Assembly: GCF_009914755.1 (NCBI RefSeq)
Contig: NC_060927.1
Reading direction: 5' to 3' (one strand)
Length of the DNA: 64,000 nt
Source of the DNA: the human T2T-CHM13v2.0 reference genome, Homo sapiens
A program made the position numbers and the translations under genes. Shown one piece after another: positions 1 through 11,855 of the stretch. The notes under the pieces were generated by a model. The model was not told where the DNA came from. It did not search any database and saw only the letters and a program-made list of their open reading frames with translations. The stretch's first letter is position 1; each line of letters opens with the position of its first letter.

Positions 1-267
<267 letters not shown>

Positions 268-299
268 CTGAATATTCTTTCTATAGCAAATCCAATAGC

Positions 300-1870
300 C
301 AGTTTTCAGTCCTGGCCTAGTAGTTCCATTTTACATGATTTGTCACTTTGTTCTTCCTGAAATATTTGTTCTTCTCATCTTCTAGGGTATCCTACCAGCC
401 TAGCTTTCCTTCTACCTTGCTTGTCTTTCCTTCTCAGCCTCACTTGCTGGTACTTTCTCATGCCCCTAAATGTTAAATATAGGAGAACTCCAGGGTTCCA
501 TCCTTGAACTTCTTCTTTGTTCTATCTCCACTCATTCTCTGAATTAACTCAACTGATTTTATTATTTCAAATAGCAACTACATGTTGATAATTCCAAATT
601 CATTTTTAACCTAAAGTTTATGTATCAAAGGACTACTTGACATCCCACTTGAATGTTTAAGAGCATCTGCAACTTAATATACTGAGAATTGAGCTTTGCT
701 ATCTTACCCTAATCTTTTCCTTTTTCAATTTTCCTTAATTAATGGCAACATTTTTCTTTCAGGTGCTCAGGGTACAAATCTTAGGGTCACCTTTATTCTC
801 CTCTTTCATTCATTCCTTTTATATTCAGAGGATGGCTATGTCTCTACTCCTTCCCTTCGCCATTCCCTCCAACTTCCCATGCCCCAAACATCAGTATCTC
901 TTGCCCAAATTTTAGCAAAAGCATCCAAAATTATCTCCTTTCACAATAGTCATAATACAACTTGCTCAAAATACTTTATTAACTTTCCAATTCACTCAGA
1001 GTAAAAAAAAAAAAAAATTTATCATTTCACACTGCTATATAGAACTACCTGAAACTGGGTAATTTATGAAAAGAAAAAAGAGGTTTAACTGAGTACAGTT
1101 CCACAGGCTTAACAGGAAGTATGACCGGCAGGACTCAGAAAACTTACAATCATGGCGGATGGCAAAAGGGAAGCAAGAAACTTCTTCACATGGTGGAAGG
1201 AGGTTGGGGGAGGGAAATGCCACACATTTTTAGACCATCAAATCTCGTGAGAACTCACTCACTATCATGAGAAGAGCATGAGGGAAATCTGCTCTTCCAT
1301 GATCCAATCATCTCCCACCAGGTACCTCCCCCAACATTGGGAACACAATTTAACATGAGACTTGGGTGGGGACACAGAGATAAGCAATTATCAATCATCA
1401 TCTGGAAGGCCCTATGTGATCCATCTCCACCATCCACCACTCCTCATTCATCTCACTACAGCAGCTCTGGCCTTCTTGTCTTAAACTTGCTGGACTCTCT
1501 TTTTTATCTAGACTATCACTTTTTCTGTTTCCTTCTGGGCTTCTCCAGATAGCTACATGGCTATTTCTCTGTGATCCATCAGATCTCTATTCAAAGATTA
1601 CCTTTAAATGTGTCTTATTCTAAACATTCCATTTAATATTTTAGTACTCTTTTCCCCATCAAATTCTTCTTGTCTACTTAAATTCTCTCCAAAACACACA
1701 TCACTGTGTAACACAGTATATGTATATTCTTATTGGTTGTGCTTTTTGTCTGTCTTCCTCACCAGCAATAAAGGCTCCAGGAGGGCAGTGACTTTGTGTT
1801 TTGTTGGCTGTGTTATCCCTACCACCTAGAAACACAATGTAGACACTCAGAAGCTAGCTGATGAATGATT
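300..1870 (+). mobile_element. L2 LINE remnant (L2a-like), interrupted by MSTA LTR
   Basis: L2 core motifs 'ctacttgacatcccacttgaatgtttaagagcatctgcaacttaat' (~633-678) and terminal 'tgatgaatga' near 1860. Confidence 0.7.
1018..1393 (-). mobile_element. MaLR solo LTR (MSTA-like)
   Basis: 'cacactgctatatagaactacctgaaactgggtaatttatg', 'aacttacaatcatggcgga', 'gagacttgggtggggacacag' match reverse MST/THE1 LTR. Confidence 0.9.
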
Positions 1871-2038
1871 TGTTGAGTGAGAGAGGGAATAGCAAATGAT
1901 AAAATAGTACCTGATTTTTGTTTGAGGAAGCCACTGAAAAGAAAAGCAAGAGACCCATTTACTCTATTTCATCTTCCATATATAAACATATGACTCAAAC
2001 AGCTTAGGAAGCTCCTTCAGCTCTAAACCTCCATAAAT

Positions 2039-2583
2039 CAGTGTTTTAAAAATATTTATGAGTAAAATAATTACTGGTTGCTAAAAAAACATTTCCTTGA
2101 CCTGTCTGATATGGTCTGGCTTTGTGTCCCTACCCAAATCTCATCTTGAATTGTAGTCAGAATTGTAATACCCATGTGCTGGGGAGGAGACTTCATGGAA
2201 GGTGATTAGATTATGGGGGTGTTTCCCCCATGATGTTTTCATGATAGTGAGTGAGTTCTCATGAGATCTGATGGTTTTATAAGGGGCTTTTCTCTCCTTT
2301 GCTTGGCACTTCTCCTTCCTGCCACCCTTTGTAGAAGGACATGTTTGCTTCCCCTTCTGCCATAATTGTAAGTTTCCTGAGGCCTCCCCAGCCTTGCAGA
2401 ACTATAAGCCAATTAAACCCCTTTTGTTTTACTCAGTCTCAGGTATGTCCTTATAGTAATGTAAGAATAGACTAATACACTGTCTCAGAGATTCTGGCTT
2501 AGTAGATTTGTGAAAGAGCCAGTGCATTTACATTTTTAACATGTGCTTCATTGATTTTGATACAGTTTTTTGAGAAGCTGCTG
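2039..2583. mobile_element. MER5A-like hAT-Charlie MITE split by THE1 LTR
   Basis: 'cagtgttttaaaa' left end; after the LTR 'cagagattctggcttagtagatttg...catttttaacatg...ttttgagaagctgctg' follows MER5A. Confidence 0.55.
2107..2479 (+). mobile_element. THE1 (THE1D-like) solo LTR
   Basis: TG...CA ends (tgatatggtctggc ... gactaataca); perfect 5-bp TSD ctgtc at 2102-2106 and 2480-2484. Confidence 0.93.
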
Positions 2584-4384
2584 TAGGTTCACTCAGAAGT
2601 GATTCAAAATGAGTGACTTATGTAAATTCAGAGTGGGGAGAACATTCTTTATTGTTGTTAACATACTGGGTTAAAGAAAATGTGTCTGGCATAAATTTCT
2701 TGTGTGCATTATTTTCAGGAGAGAGTTTAAAGGAGAACAGCAATTTGCAAAACATACCACAAAAACTCAGTATGTATTCATCCTCAGGGGATATGAAGAC
2801 TTGGCCTTTAAAAGTAAGATCTATGCCAAAGCATTCATAGAAAAGCAATTGTTTCTTTAAAACATTTATTTATGAGCACTATGAAAAACTTGAGTTCATT
2901 GGCTAAAAAAAAAGGTGCTTGGTTCCTGGTTCCTATGAAGAGCTAATACTAGTCAGATGTACAGCATTCCATTCTTAGAGAATACTTTTATTATTTGGAT
3001 CAAAATAGAACTGGGCCCATGATACTCTTTACCATAATTGTGACACTCAGTTCTTCTCATTGCTACCTGGTCTTCTGTAGACTTCTGCCTTTACCAAAGG
3101 TATTTTTTTGTGTGCTTCATTCTGAGTTAATCACCTAACTCAGATAGAAGGCATTGTAATAGATGTTGTCTCATCAGCATTCAGAACTGTTCTCTAGCTT
3201 GAAGAGAAACAGAGTAAAGAAAAGACTTCTTAATTACACTCCGCATTCCCACTCATTAATTGACCTTCGTTCAATTAACCATAAATCAACTAATGTGGTG
3301 TATGTTACAGATAAATTAACAAATGTCCACATAACACAGTATGTCTAACAAGAGAAATTTACCCATTTGTAATTAGTTTTGTTTCCCACCAGAATTTGAG
3401 GGTTAGCTGCTATCAATCTTATAAGAAAAAAAGCAGACTTATTTTCCTTTTTTTCTTTATAAATGTGTGAGTCCAAATGAGAACATCTCTTCCCCCGAAA
3501 ATCTAAAATCAACATACGGTTCTCCAATGGTTCTCTTTTCTTAGTCTACATTATTTCAAATATAAGAATAAAAGGGATTAAAGATAGACTGAGAGGGGCC
3601 TGGCACTACTTTGTTTCTGTGGCCGAAGCAGCTCTGACATTCTAAAATTACTAGCTTTAGATAGGGTGTAGCAGAAGGCAAGATGAAACGTCAACCGATT
3701 TAATATTCTCCTTTTATTTAAAGAATAGCTTTTGGAACTCAGTATCAAGGGAGTCTGTTTTAAGACTAAAAGTATTTTAAAGGACAAGAGTCTCAGTCTA
3801 TTGAGCAAGAATGAAAGTGTTAGTTAGCCAATTCATTTATGTAAAATAGTTTTTAAAATAACTTTTTTGCTGTCTCTCAGACTTCAAACTCATATAGGAT
3901 AAGAGCTAGGGAAGTGAAAGTCAGTGGGCAGAGTAAACTTGACCCTGCTGAGGTTCTTCGTGCAGATGCCTCTGCCCTGTTTTTGCTGCCCAGTCTTGGA
4001 GATAAGGTAGACTGAAGACAGAGAGGCCAGTGAACTATTTACTGTTGCTTTGCAGAGATAGAAAACCATCAGAGACCCACATCATTTTTTAAAAATTAGT
4101 AAATCAAGACTTTTTTGTGACTACTGGGATCAATCTATTTTTAAGTGAGATAATAATATCATCATTATGTAAGAAATATCCTTATATATTTAGACATACA
4201 TTCTGAACTATTTGGTGATGAAAAAACATGTTAGCTTATATAACTTAAAACATTTTAGCTAAAAAGTGTTAGAAAAAAGTGACAAAATGTGAATCAATGT
4301 TAATGTAGGTATAAGGAGGTCTATTATACTTAATTCCTTCCTTAGTATATTAATAGAAAATTCGCTGTTAAAAGCATGAAAGAA

Positions 4385-4876
4385 GGTGATTCTGTGTCTT
4401 TGCTATTGTGAATAGTGCTGCAATGAACACACGCATGAATGTGTCTTTATGAGAGAAGAATTTATATTCCTTGGTAGACTGGATAAAGAAAATGTGGTAC
4501 TTACACACCATGGAATACGGTGCAGCCATAAAAAAAGAGTGAGATCATGTTCTTTGTAGGAACATGGATGGAGCTGGAGGCCATCATCCTTAGCAAACTA
4601 GTGCAGGAACAGAAAACAAAATATGGCTTGTTCTCACTTACAAGTGGGAGCCAAATGGTGAGAACACATGGACACAAAGAGGGGAACAACAGACACTGTG
4701 GCCTACCTGAAGGCAAACAGTGGAAATAGGGAGAGGAGAAGCAAAAATAGCTAATGGGTTCTAGGCTTAATACCTCGGTGATGAAATCATCTGTACAACA
4801 AACCCCTGTGACACAAGTTTACCTCTAGAACAAACCTGCACATGTACCCTGAACCTAAAATGAAAGTTTAATTGTT
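4385..4876 (+). mobile_element. 5'-truncated, 5'-inverted L1PA (L1PA13-16-like) 3' end
   Basis: ~4386-4472 is antisense L1; 4473-4870 is sense ORF2 end and 3'UTR ('gtagactggataaagaaaatgtgg...acaaacctgcacatgtaccctgaac'); TSD-like aaaagcatgaaa(a)gaa on both sides. Confidence 0.9.
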
Positions 4877-6828
4877 AAAAAAGCATGAAAAAGAACACAA
4901 TATAAGTCAGCAATACTTAGATCACAGTTAGTTCTTCTTTATAACAGTATTTTACTCCATGTAAGCATTCTTGTATGTACCTTGTCATTCTGCAAAACTC
5001 ATTTGCTTTCAGATAATGATTTGGTGCCCTAAGTTCTACAATAAGAAAACACTTTTGTTTTTAGCAAATGCTGCCTTTTTTTATATATTAGTTCTTAGTC
5101 ATCCAAGTTTTACCTACTCTCAGTGTTTTGGAAGATCAGTTTTTACCAGAAAAAAACAAATATTATTCCTTGATTGTTGACACATTTTTATTTTCTCCCA
5201 TCTCTATCTCATTGCAAAAATATCTAATCTGTTATACTAATTTATCTAATGTCTTGAACCCTAATATAAATGAACATAAGAAAATATAATATTTTATGTA
5301 AAATATGTAACTTATTGATAGAGCAATGTGAAACTAATAGTATTATTTTGTGATTAAAAACATACATGGAAGAGTAGAAATGGTGCAGGCTGTTGAATTA
5401 GAAATAAAACTCATTTATATAGCGATATTTTTAAAGAATGTCCACAATCATATTCATCCAAATGCCTAACTTCTCAATGTTGCATAGGTCAGTTTCCAGA
5501 TATTAAAAAATTTCACAATTGTTTTCCAGGGTTGAAATTACAAGGGAAAAATGACTAGGTCAATTTAATTACAAAAATTCCTGTGTACATCTCCATGTAT
5601 TTGGATTCATAATGTAAGTAACGCTCATGAGCATTAAACAAAATTAATAGACATTGTCTCTTCAATGTGACTTAAAGTGAAAGCCATATTTTATTCTCTT
5701 ACCCAGACTTCATCATATATATTTTTGGAAAGGGAATAACAGAAATTTATTAGGGATAAGACCTCCAAAATAATTCAGAATTGTATTCATCAGATGCTTC
5801 TAGATTGGAGCTTTCATCACAGGTCTGAAAAGGAGGTGAGCCGTTCAGCAACAAATACTATTTATAGATTGGTCGAGGCTCGGTGACAGTAAGTTTGATT
5901 GAGGATTAGATGTCATTAAAGTCTCTGAGCTACATCTTGAAAAGGGGAAGAACTTACCCGTAGTAAACTGATAACCTTAAATAGTTTATAGTTGAATGCA
6001 AAAAATTAAATGTAAAGAAAAACCCTAACATTTCAAAGGTTTTTTTCTATAAACATTCCCAAAATATGCCAAAACATCATGAAACTCTATTTTTTCCTCC
6101 ACAGAGAAGGAAAATCCCTGCCATTACAGATAAAATCATCTCAATTCACCATCCATTTCTCCAAAAAATTTTCTAAAACATAAGACAATTATATCCCAAA
6201 CATTTTAATGTAAATATTAGTTTTCCTGGAGCAAAATAAGCAGTGGTTCTTTAAAAAGTAATACATGAAAATTCTAATGCATGCTTTTAAAATATTACCA
6301 TAAATGATCTTAAAAGCAAATAGACTGAAAATTTCCACTCACCCATTTATATCCATGCAAATATATCCTGGCCATAATAAGTACTTGAAGTTTTTTTTTT
6401 TTATCTAATCTTTTTATTTCTATAAATAATTAAGGTTACAATTGGGAGATGAATGGAAATGAGCAAATCTTTATTCCAAACGTGGATTATTGAACATTTC
6501 TAAGTATTGCTGTAATTGACTATAATGGTGCTGCTCACAGTTAACACTTTGCCACCATTTCCATGCTTCGAGAGGTTTATAACTCATTCATAAACATTTG
6601 CTCTATATTGAACTGCATATTGAAGATTTCAGCCTTTGAGAAATTGCTTTTGTGAAGTTGAAAAAAGAAAAGTCAGACTAGACTTCTCTGTTACAACATT
6701 ATATTTGTAAAGTAACAAGCATTTTTGGATTAAAACATTTTTCAATTTCATGATAACTTTTTAAAGCAAAATTTGGCTGTGACAATACTCCAACAGAAAA
6801 AAAAAAAAGATTTAAACTCAAAAATTAC

Positions 6829-7129
6829 TTTTTTTTTTCTTTTATTTAAGACAGAGTCTTGCACTGTCACACAGGCTGGAGTGCAGCGAGGTGATCTTGA
6901 CTCACTGCAACCTCCACCTCCTGGACTCCAGTGATCCTCCTGCCTCAGCCTTCCAAGTAGTTGGCATTACAGGCATGTGCCACCACATCTGGCTAATTTT
7001 TGTATTTTTTGCAAAGATGAGGTTTCTCCATGTTGGCCAGGCTGGTCTCCAACTCCTGGTCTCAAGTGATCCGCCTGCCTCGGCTTCCCAAAGTGCTGGG
7101 ATTATAGGTGTGAACCACTGTGCCCAGCG
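6829..7129 (-). mobile_element. Alu (AluJ-like)
   Basis: Reverse Alu with T-rich tail; TSD aaaaattacttt at 6820-6831 and 7130-7141. Confidence 0.93.
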
Positions 7130-7352
7130 AAAAATTACTTTGTTTTTTAATGGTCTCATGACAGTTCTCTGTACCACTTTGGTAAAGAGTACGAGTATTT
7201 ATAATTTAAAGGCACGGTATACCTACAGCCATTTGAGACTTTCAGGTAACTTGTATTTAATTTACCAAAAGAACGTTTCTTGTTAATTGCATGTTGCTAC
7301 CCATGCATATATTCATTTGACAAACATCTAGTATATCTTCAACATTGGTGAT

Positions 7353-7712
7353 TGATATGGTTTGGCTGTGTCCCCACTTAAATGTCATCTTGAATTGTAA
7401 TCCCCATAATACCTACATGTTTTTTGGGGGACCCAGTAGGAGGTAATTGAATCATAGGGGCAGATTCCCCCATGCTGTTCTTGTGACAGTGAGTTCTCAC
7501 GCGATCTGATGGTTTTATAAGTGCCTGGCATTTCCCCTGCTGGCACCCATTGTCTCTCCTGCTGCCCTGTGAAGAGGTGCCATCCACCATGATTTTAAGT
7601 TTCCTGAGGTCTCCCTAGCCATGTGGAACTGTAAATCAATTAAACCTTTTTTCTTTATAAATTACCCAGTCTTAGGTATTTCTTCACAGTAGCATGAGAA
7701 CAGACTAATGGA
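7353..7712 (+). mobile_element. THE1 (THE1C/D-like) solo LTR
   Basis: 'tgatatggtttggctgtgtcccca' start; 'aattaaacctttttctttataaattacccagtc' near end. Confidence 0.92.
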
Positions 7713-8048
7713 GTAAAAAAGTTGAATAAAACACAATCTTTGTGGATGAAAGAGATAGGTGAACTAATATTTATATAATAAACATTAAGCCTGGTATATC
7801 TAAGTACCTCAGTAAATTCCTGTTAAACTTATGTGTATGTGTGTGTCTTTATTGATTGTACAAATACAACACACATAAGATAATATGGTAGAACACAGGA
7901 GGAGTTGTTAAGGTCTGATTCAAATATCTAAACATTGAATAACTTCAAAGTTCTGCAAAAACTTGTGTAAAGTTTAGATATTTTGAATTATCTATATTTA
8001 TAGACAATTAGTAGTTTTTAATATACTTTCTTGGGTTAACCTATAAAT

Positions 8049-8283
8049 CAGAGGTGGCAAAATCAAATGTCCACAGGAATTCGATAGGTAACAGAAATGT
8101 GTGATCCTAAACCAGAAAGAGCCTGGGGCTGGGGGATATTGGTGAGGAGTTCCTGAATAAACCTCGAAGTTACCAGTTCCACTGACAGATTAACATTCTA
8201 AATTTGTAAATTTATAAAGCGCCAGGCCTGCCAACCAAACATGTTTGGTTCCACATCTGTATTTGGTCCAGCTGCTTGAGCTG
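8049..8283. mobile_element. MER102-like hAT-Charlie remnant
   Basis: 'cagaggtggcaaaatcaaatgtccacagg...aggtaacagaaatgtgtga' and 'gccaaccaaacatgtttgg' resemble MER102 ends as recalled. Confidence 0.5.
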
Positions 8284-8698
8284 TTAAATACAACCCAGTT
8301 TGTTTTCTCAATATTTTACCTTAAGAATACTATCCTCAATTTTAGTCCTGATTCTTTTTTTGCCACTAGTTGCTATCTGTAATTTATTTATACAGAACTT
8401 TATCCATATGCCAGTTTAAGCTGAAAATTGATTTTGTATGTAATTGCTGAAGGAGGTAAAAGGTGATGGTAAAAAATGTGAAGATTTAACAGACACACAG
8501 ACATGACTTCATAAACAATAATAATTTATTGAAGCATTCATGAGTGATGGTTCAGAAACTGAAGTTAATTATATCACTCAATTCCACCAGATTCTAGGAC
8601 CTGAATAAAATTAACCATACTCAAAAGAAACTGGTAGACAACAACAAGAATGGTGCCATTTATGGGTCACCTAATATGGACTCAGGCACTTGTGTCAA

Positions 8699-9290
8699 GT
8701 TTTTTAAAATTGTGGCAAAATAAACATAACAGAGAATGAACCATCTCAATCGTCTTTAAGTGTATAGTTCAGTAATGTGAAACATATCTACACTGCTGTG
8801 TATCCAGTCTCCAAAGCTCTTTTCATCTTGTGAAACTGACACTCTGTACCCATTAAATAACTCCCTACTTTACCCAACTCCAGCCTCTAGCAATCATCAT
8901 TCTACCTTCTCTAGCTATGTATCTGGCTACTACAGGGGCCTCATATAAGCAGAATCATAGAGTATTTGTCATTTATGTGATTAACATAATGTCCTAAGTT
9001 TCCTGCATGTTGTCACTCACCAGAATTCCCTTTATTTTTAAGGCTGAATAATATTCCCTGTATGTATACATTACATTTTGTTTATACATTCATCCATCAA
9101 TGAACACATGGGTTGCTTTCATCTTTTAGCTTTTGTCAGTACTACTATGAACACGGGTGTGTACATATCTCTTTTATACCCTGCTTTCAATTTTGGGGGT
9201 ATATACCTGAAAGTATAATTGCTGGATCATATGGCAATTCTATTTTTAATTTTTCCCACAATGGCTGCACTGTTTTACATTCCCGCCAAT
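8699..9290 (-). mobile_element. L1MB-type 3' fragment
   Basis: 'tttaagtgtatagttcagt', 'ctctgtacccattaaataactccc', 'ggctgaataatattcc', 'attgctggatcatatgg'. Confidence 0.85.
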
Positions 9291-9364
9291 TTAATTTTAA
9301 AACAATTCTAAAAGTCTGTCAACTTCTGAGAGCCACGAGCTTTCGGGCATTTCACAGAGGGTCC

Positions 9365-9488
9365 TCAAGTCTCAGTTTCCTCACCTATGAATGAGAATTG
9401 TTACCTCATAGTGCTTCTAGGAGTGGACTGAATGAGATTTTCCTTTAAAGGTATTTATGCTTGTTGCATAGTAAGCACTTAATAATTA
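9365..9488 (+). mobile_element. MIR SINE fragment
   Basis: Core 'ctcagtttcctcacctatgaatgag' and tail 'catagtaagcacttaataa'. Confidence 0.7.
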
Positions 9489-9661
9489 ATTCCTGAACAG
9501 ACACATTAGGCTCTTTGATTTGTTTAAGTGTTTATTCTTGTAAAATCTTTCTTTAGTTGGCTAATATGAATTATTTTGTGTTAATTCTAGTTATACTCTC
9601 TGAAATTAACATCCTCCTTCTGTTGTTCTGTATCCATTGTGGGCTTCTGTCATGCTGGTCT

Positions 9662-10357
9662 TGTTACCGGAGTTGAATCCATACGTGTCTGCAGCAACCT
9701 CAATTCTTGTCTTCTCAGAAAAGGAAGGGCATGAGGCAGCAGGAGAAACCGAGGCAAGTTTCAGAGCCAGGTTGACAGTTTATTAAAAAGTTTACAGCAG
9801 GAATGAAAGGAAGTAAAGTATACTTGGAAGAGCGCCAAGTCGGGATTTGAGAGCATCAATTGCCCCGTTTGAACTTTGACTTAGGGTTTTATACATTGGC
9901 ATACTTCCAGGGTCTGGCATCCCTTCTCCTCTGATTCTTCCCTTGGGGTGGGCTGTCCGCATGTGCAGTGTCCTGCTAGCACTTGGGAAGGGCCGCATGC
10001 CCAGTGTGTTTACTGGAGTTGTATGCATGCTCACTTGAGGTATTCTTCCCTTACCAGTCAAATCTGCCTAGTAGGTCACATACCAATTAAACTCCGCCAT
10101 TTTGCCTCTTAATGTGCACATTTGAGCCCATTCACTCAATTCCTGAAATCTTACCGGGAAGCTGCTGATCACCAGTTTTGGGATTTTTTCTATTTATTGA
10201 GAGAGTGCCTTCTCCTGGTGCTGACTGTGACCAACTATTTTAGGAGACTGTTTAACAATTGCCTGACTATCTCTGATGGTCATCGGAAAGTCCCGGTAGA
10301 AGTGAGGGGAAGTGCTCTCCTGTCCTGCTCATGCCTGACTAGCTACCTACTGCAACA
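9662..10357 (-). mobile_element. MER50 (ERV1) solo LTR
   Basis: TG...CA ends; reverse strand begins tgttgcagtaggtagctagtcaggcatgagcagg, as in MER50; 4-bp TSD gtct at 9658-9661 and 10358-10361. Confidence 0.88.
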
Positions 10358-11584
10358 GTCTGAGCTCTAATTGCTCCATCATAGTGACCAAGGAATTACC
10401 ATTCTTTTCTTGAAATTTTAAACATTGCCTTGCACATATTGACTATTAGTAGAAGTTATCCCTCCTTGCATCCCAACAATGGCCATCCTGTTTCTAAGGT
10501 AACAAGTACTGTTTCAATAGGCTTTACATGAATAGTCACTAGGGATATTATGTTGTACTTTGGACTTTGGAAGAGTGCCAGTGATTTTGAGGTTCATACT
10601 TTAGATGGTTAAAGGAACAAAGGAGGAGAAACAAGATGTTTGTCCACCTTCCATCTCAGGTGTAATATCTGCCCATCCTGACCTGAATTAGAAGCAGGAC
10701 TGGAAATTATTAAGGCAGTGTGGAGAAGCATTTGGGAGTTTTGTAAGGTTATCCCCCTCAGTCCCAAAGCCAATGGCCATGTTTTAGCAACATTGCTTAT
10801 ACCTTAGAGAAATAAATGCAAATAATACATTTAGTTGAATCTTCTCAACAAATGGAACCATGTGTTAATCTGTAGACCTTATTTTAATCCATTCACGTAT
10901 TTTGAGCCTAGTCAATTTTAAAACTTGTCCAATGACAGTTATTAAATAACAATGTAATTATGTGCATCAAAGAATATAAAATTATTTATTTACAATGATA
11001 TTTAACTTTTCTCATAAAAATGTTTTTTGGGAATATACATTTATTGGTCTATTTGTAAGCTATGAGAACAAAGTATAAAATATGTGAATTGTAAACTCCT
11101 CCTAGAGAAGAGTGTTTGAAACCACTACTGGATTAATTCCTTTAACCATCTAAAGTATGAACCTCAAAATCACTGGCACTCTTCCAAAGTCCAAAGTACA
11201 ACATAAAATCCCCCTGACATGGGCGGTTCCATCAAATAAACGGGTTATTGCTAATATGGAGAAGACTGCTGAGATCTATTTTAACCAAGAAACTGTTGAA
11301 CATGAATGAAAAGCAGGATGGAAAGCCACCCTTCCTGTCAATGCCACTCAGGACAGACCAGGAAAGTTCAAGGATAAGCAGAGGGATGCAGCTAATTTTT
11401 AGTAGAAGACAGAGGTTTCATGAGAGAGGAGAAAGGAGACTACAGTGCTGCACAAACAAAGCTTTTAAAGTTATTTTTTGAGGTTAATATATATACAAAA
11501 TAAGCAACAAATTCTTTGTAAAATGCACATTGGCTTCTCTTTATACACAAATTCAAAAGACAAGAAGACTCTTGAAATTCTGCA

Positions 11585-11855
11585 ATAAAAATTACGAATG
11601 ACAATAAAAATAGACAAAAGATTTAAGCAAACACTTCAGAAAGGAAGATGCATAAGTGGCCAATGAACACGTGAAAAAGTGCCCAACATCATTAATCATG
11701 AGGGAAATGCAAATTAAACTACAGTGAAATGTCACTATGTATGCATTAGAATAGTTAAGATGAAAAAAAAAAAGATTGGCAATGCCAAAATATTGGTGAG
11801 GATGTGATACAACCAGGTCCATTGCTGTTAGAGATGGAAAATGATAGAACCATTG
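11585..11855 (+). mobile_element. Old L1M ORF2-end fragment
   Basis: 'aagtggccaatgaacacgtgaaaaagtgcccaacatcattaatcatgagggaaatgcaaattaaa...ttggtgaggatgtg'. Confidence 0.8.

Noticed and set aside
6891-7286. 131-aa ORF and similar ORFs at 17148-17474, 19761-19949, 29251-29475, 44396-44822, 54609-55016 and 58747-58929
   Set aside because: They are translations of Alu sequence (e.g. [25 protein letters not shown]), not genes.
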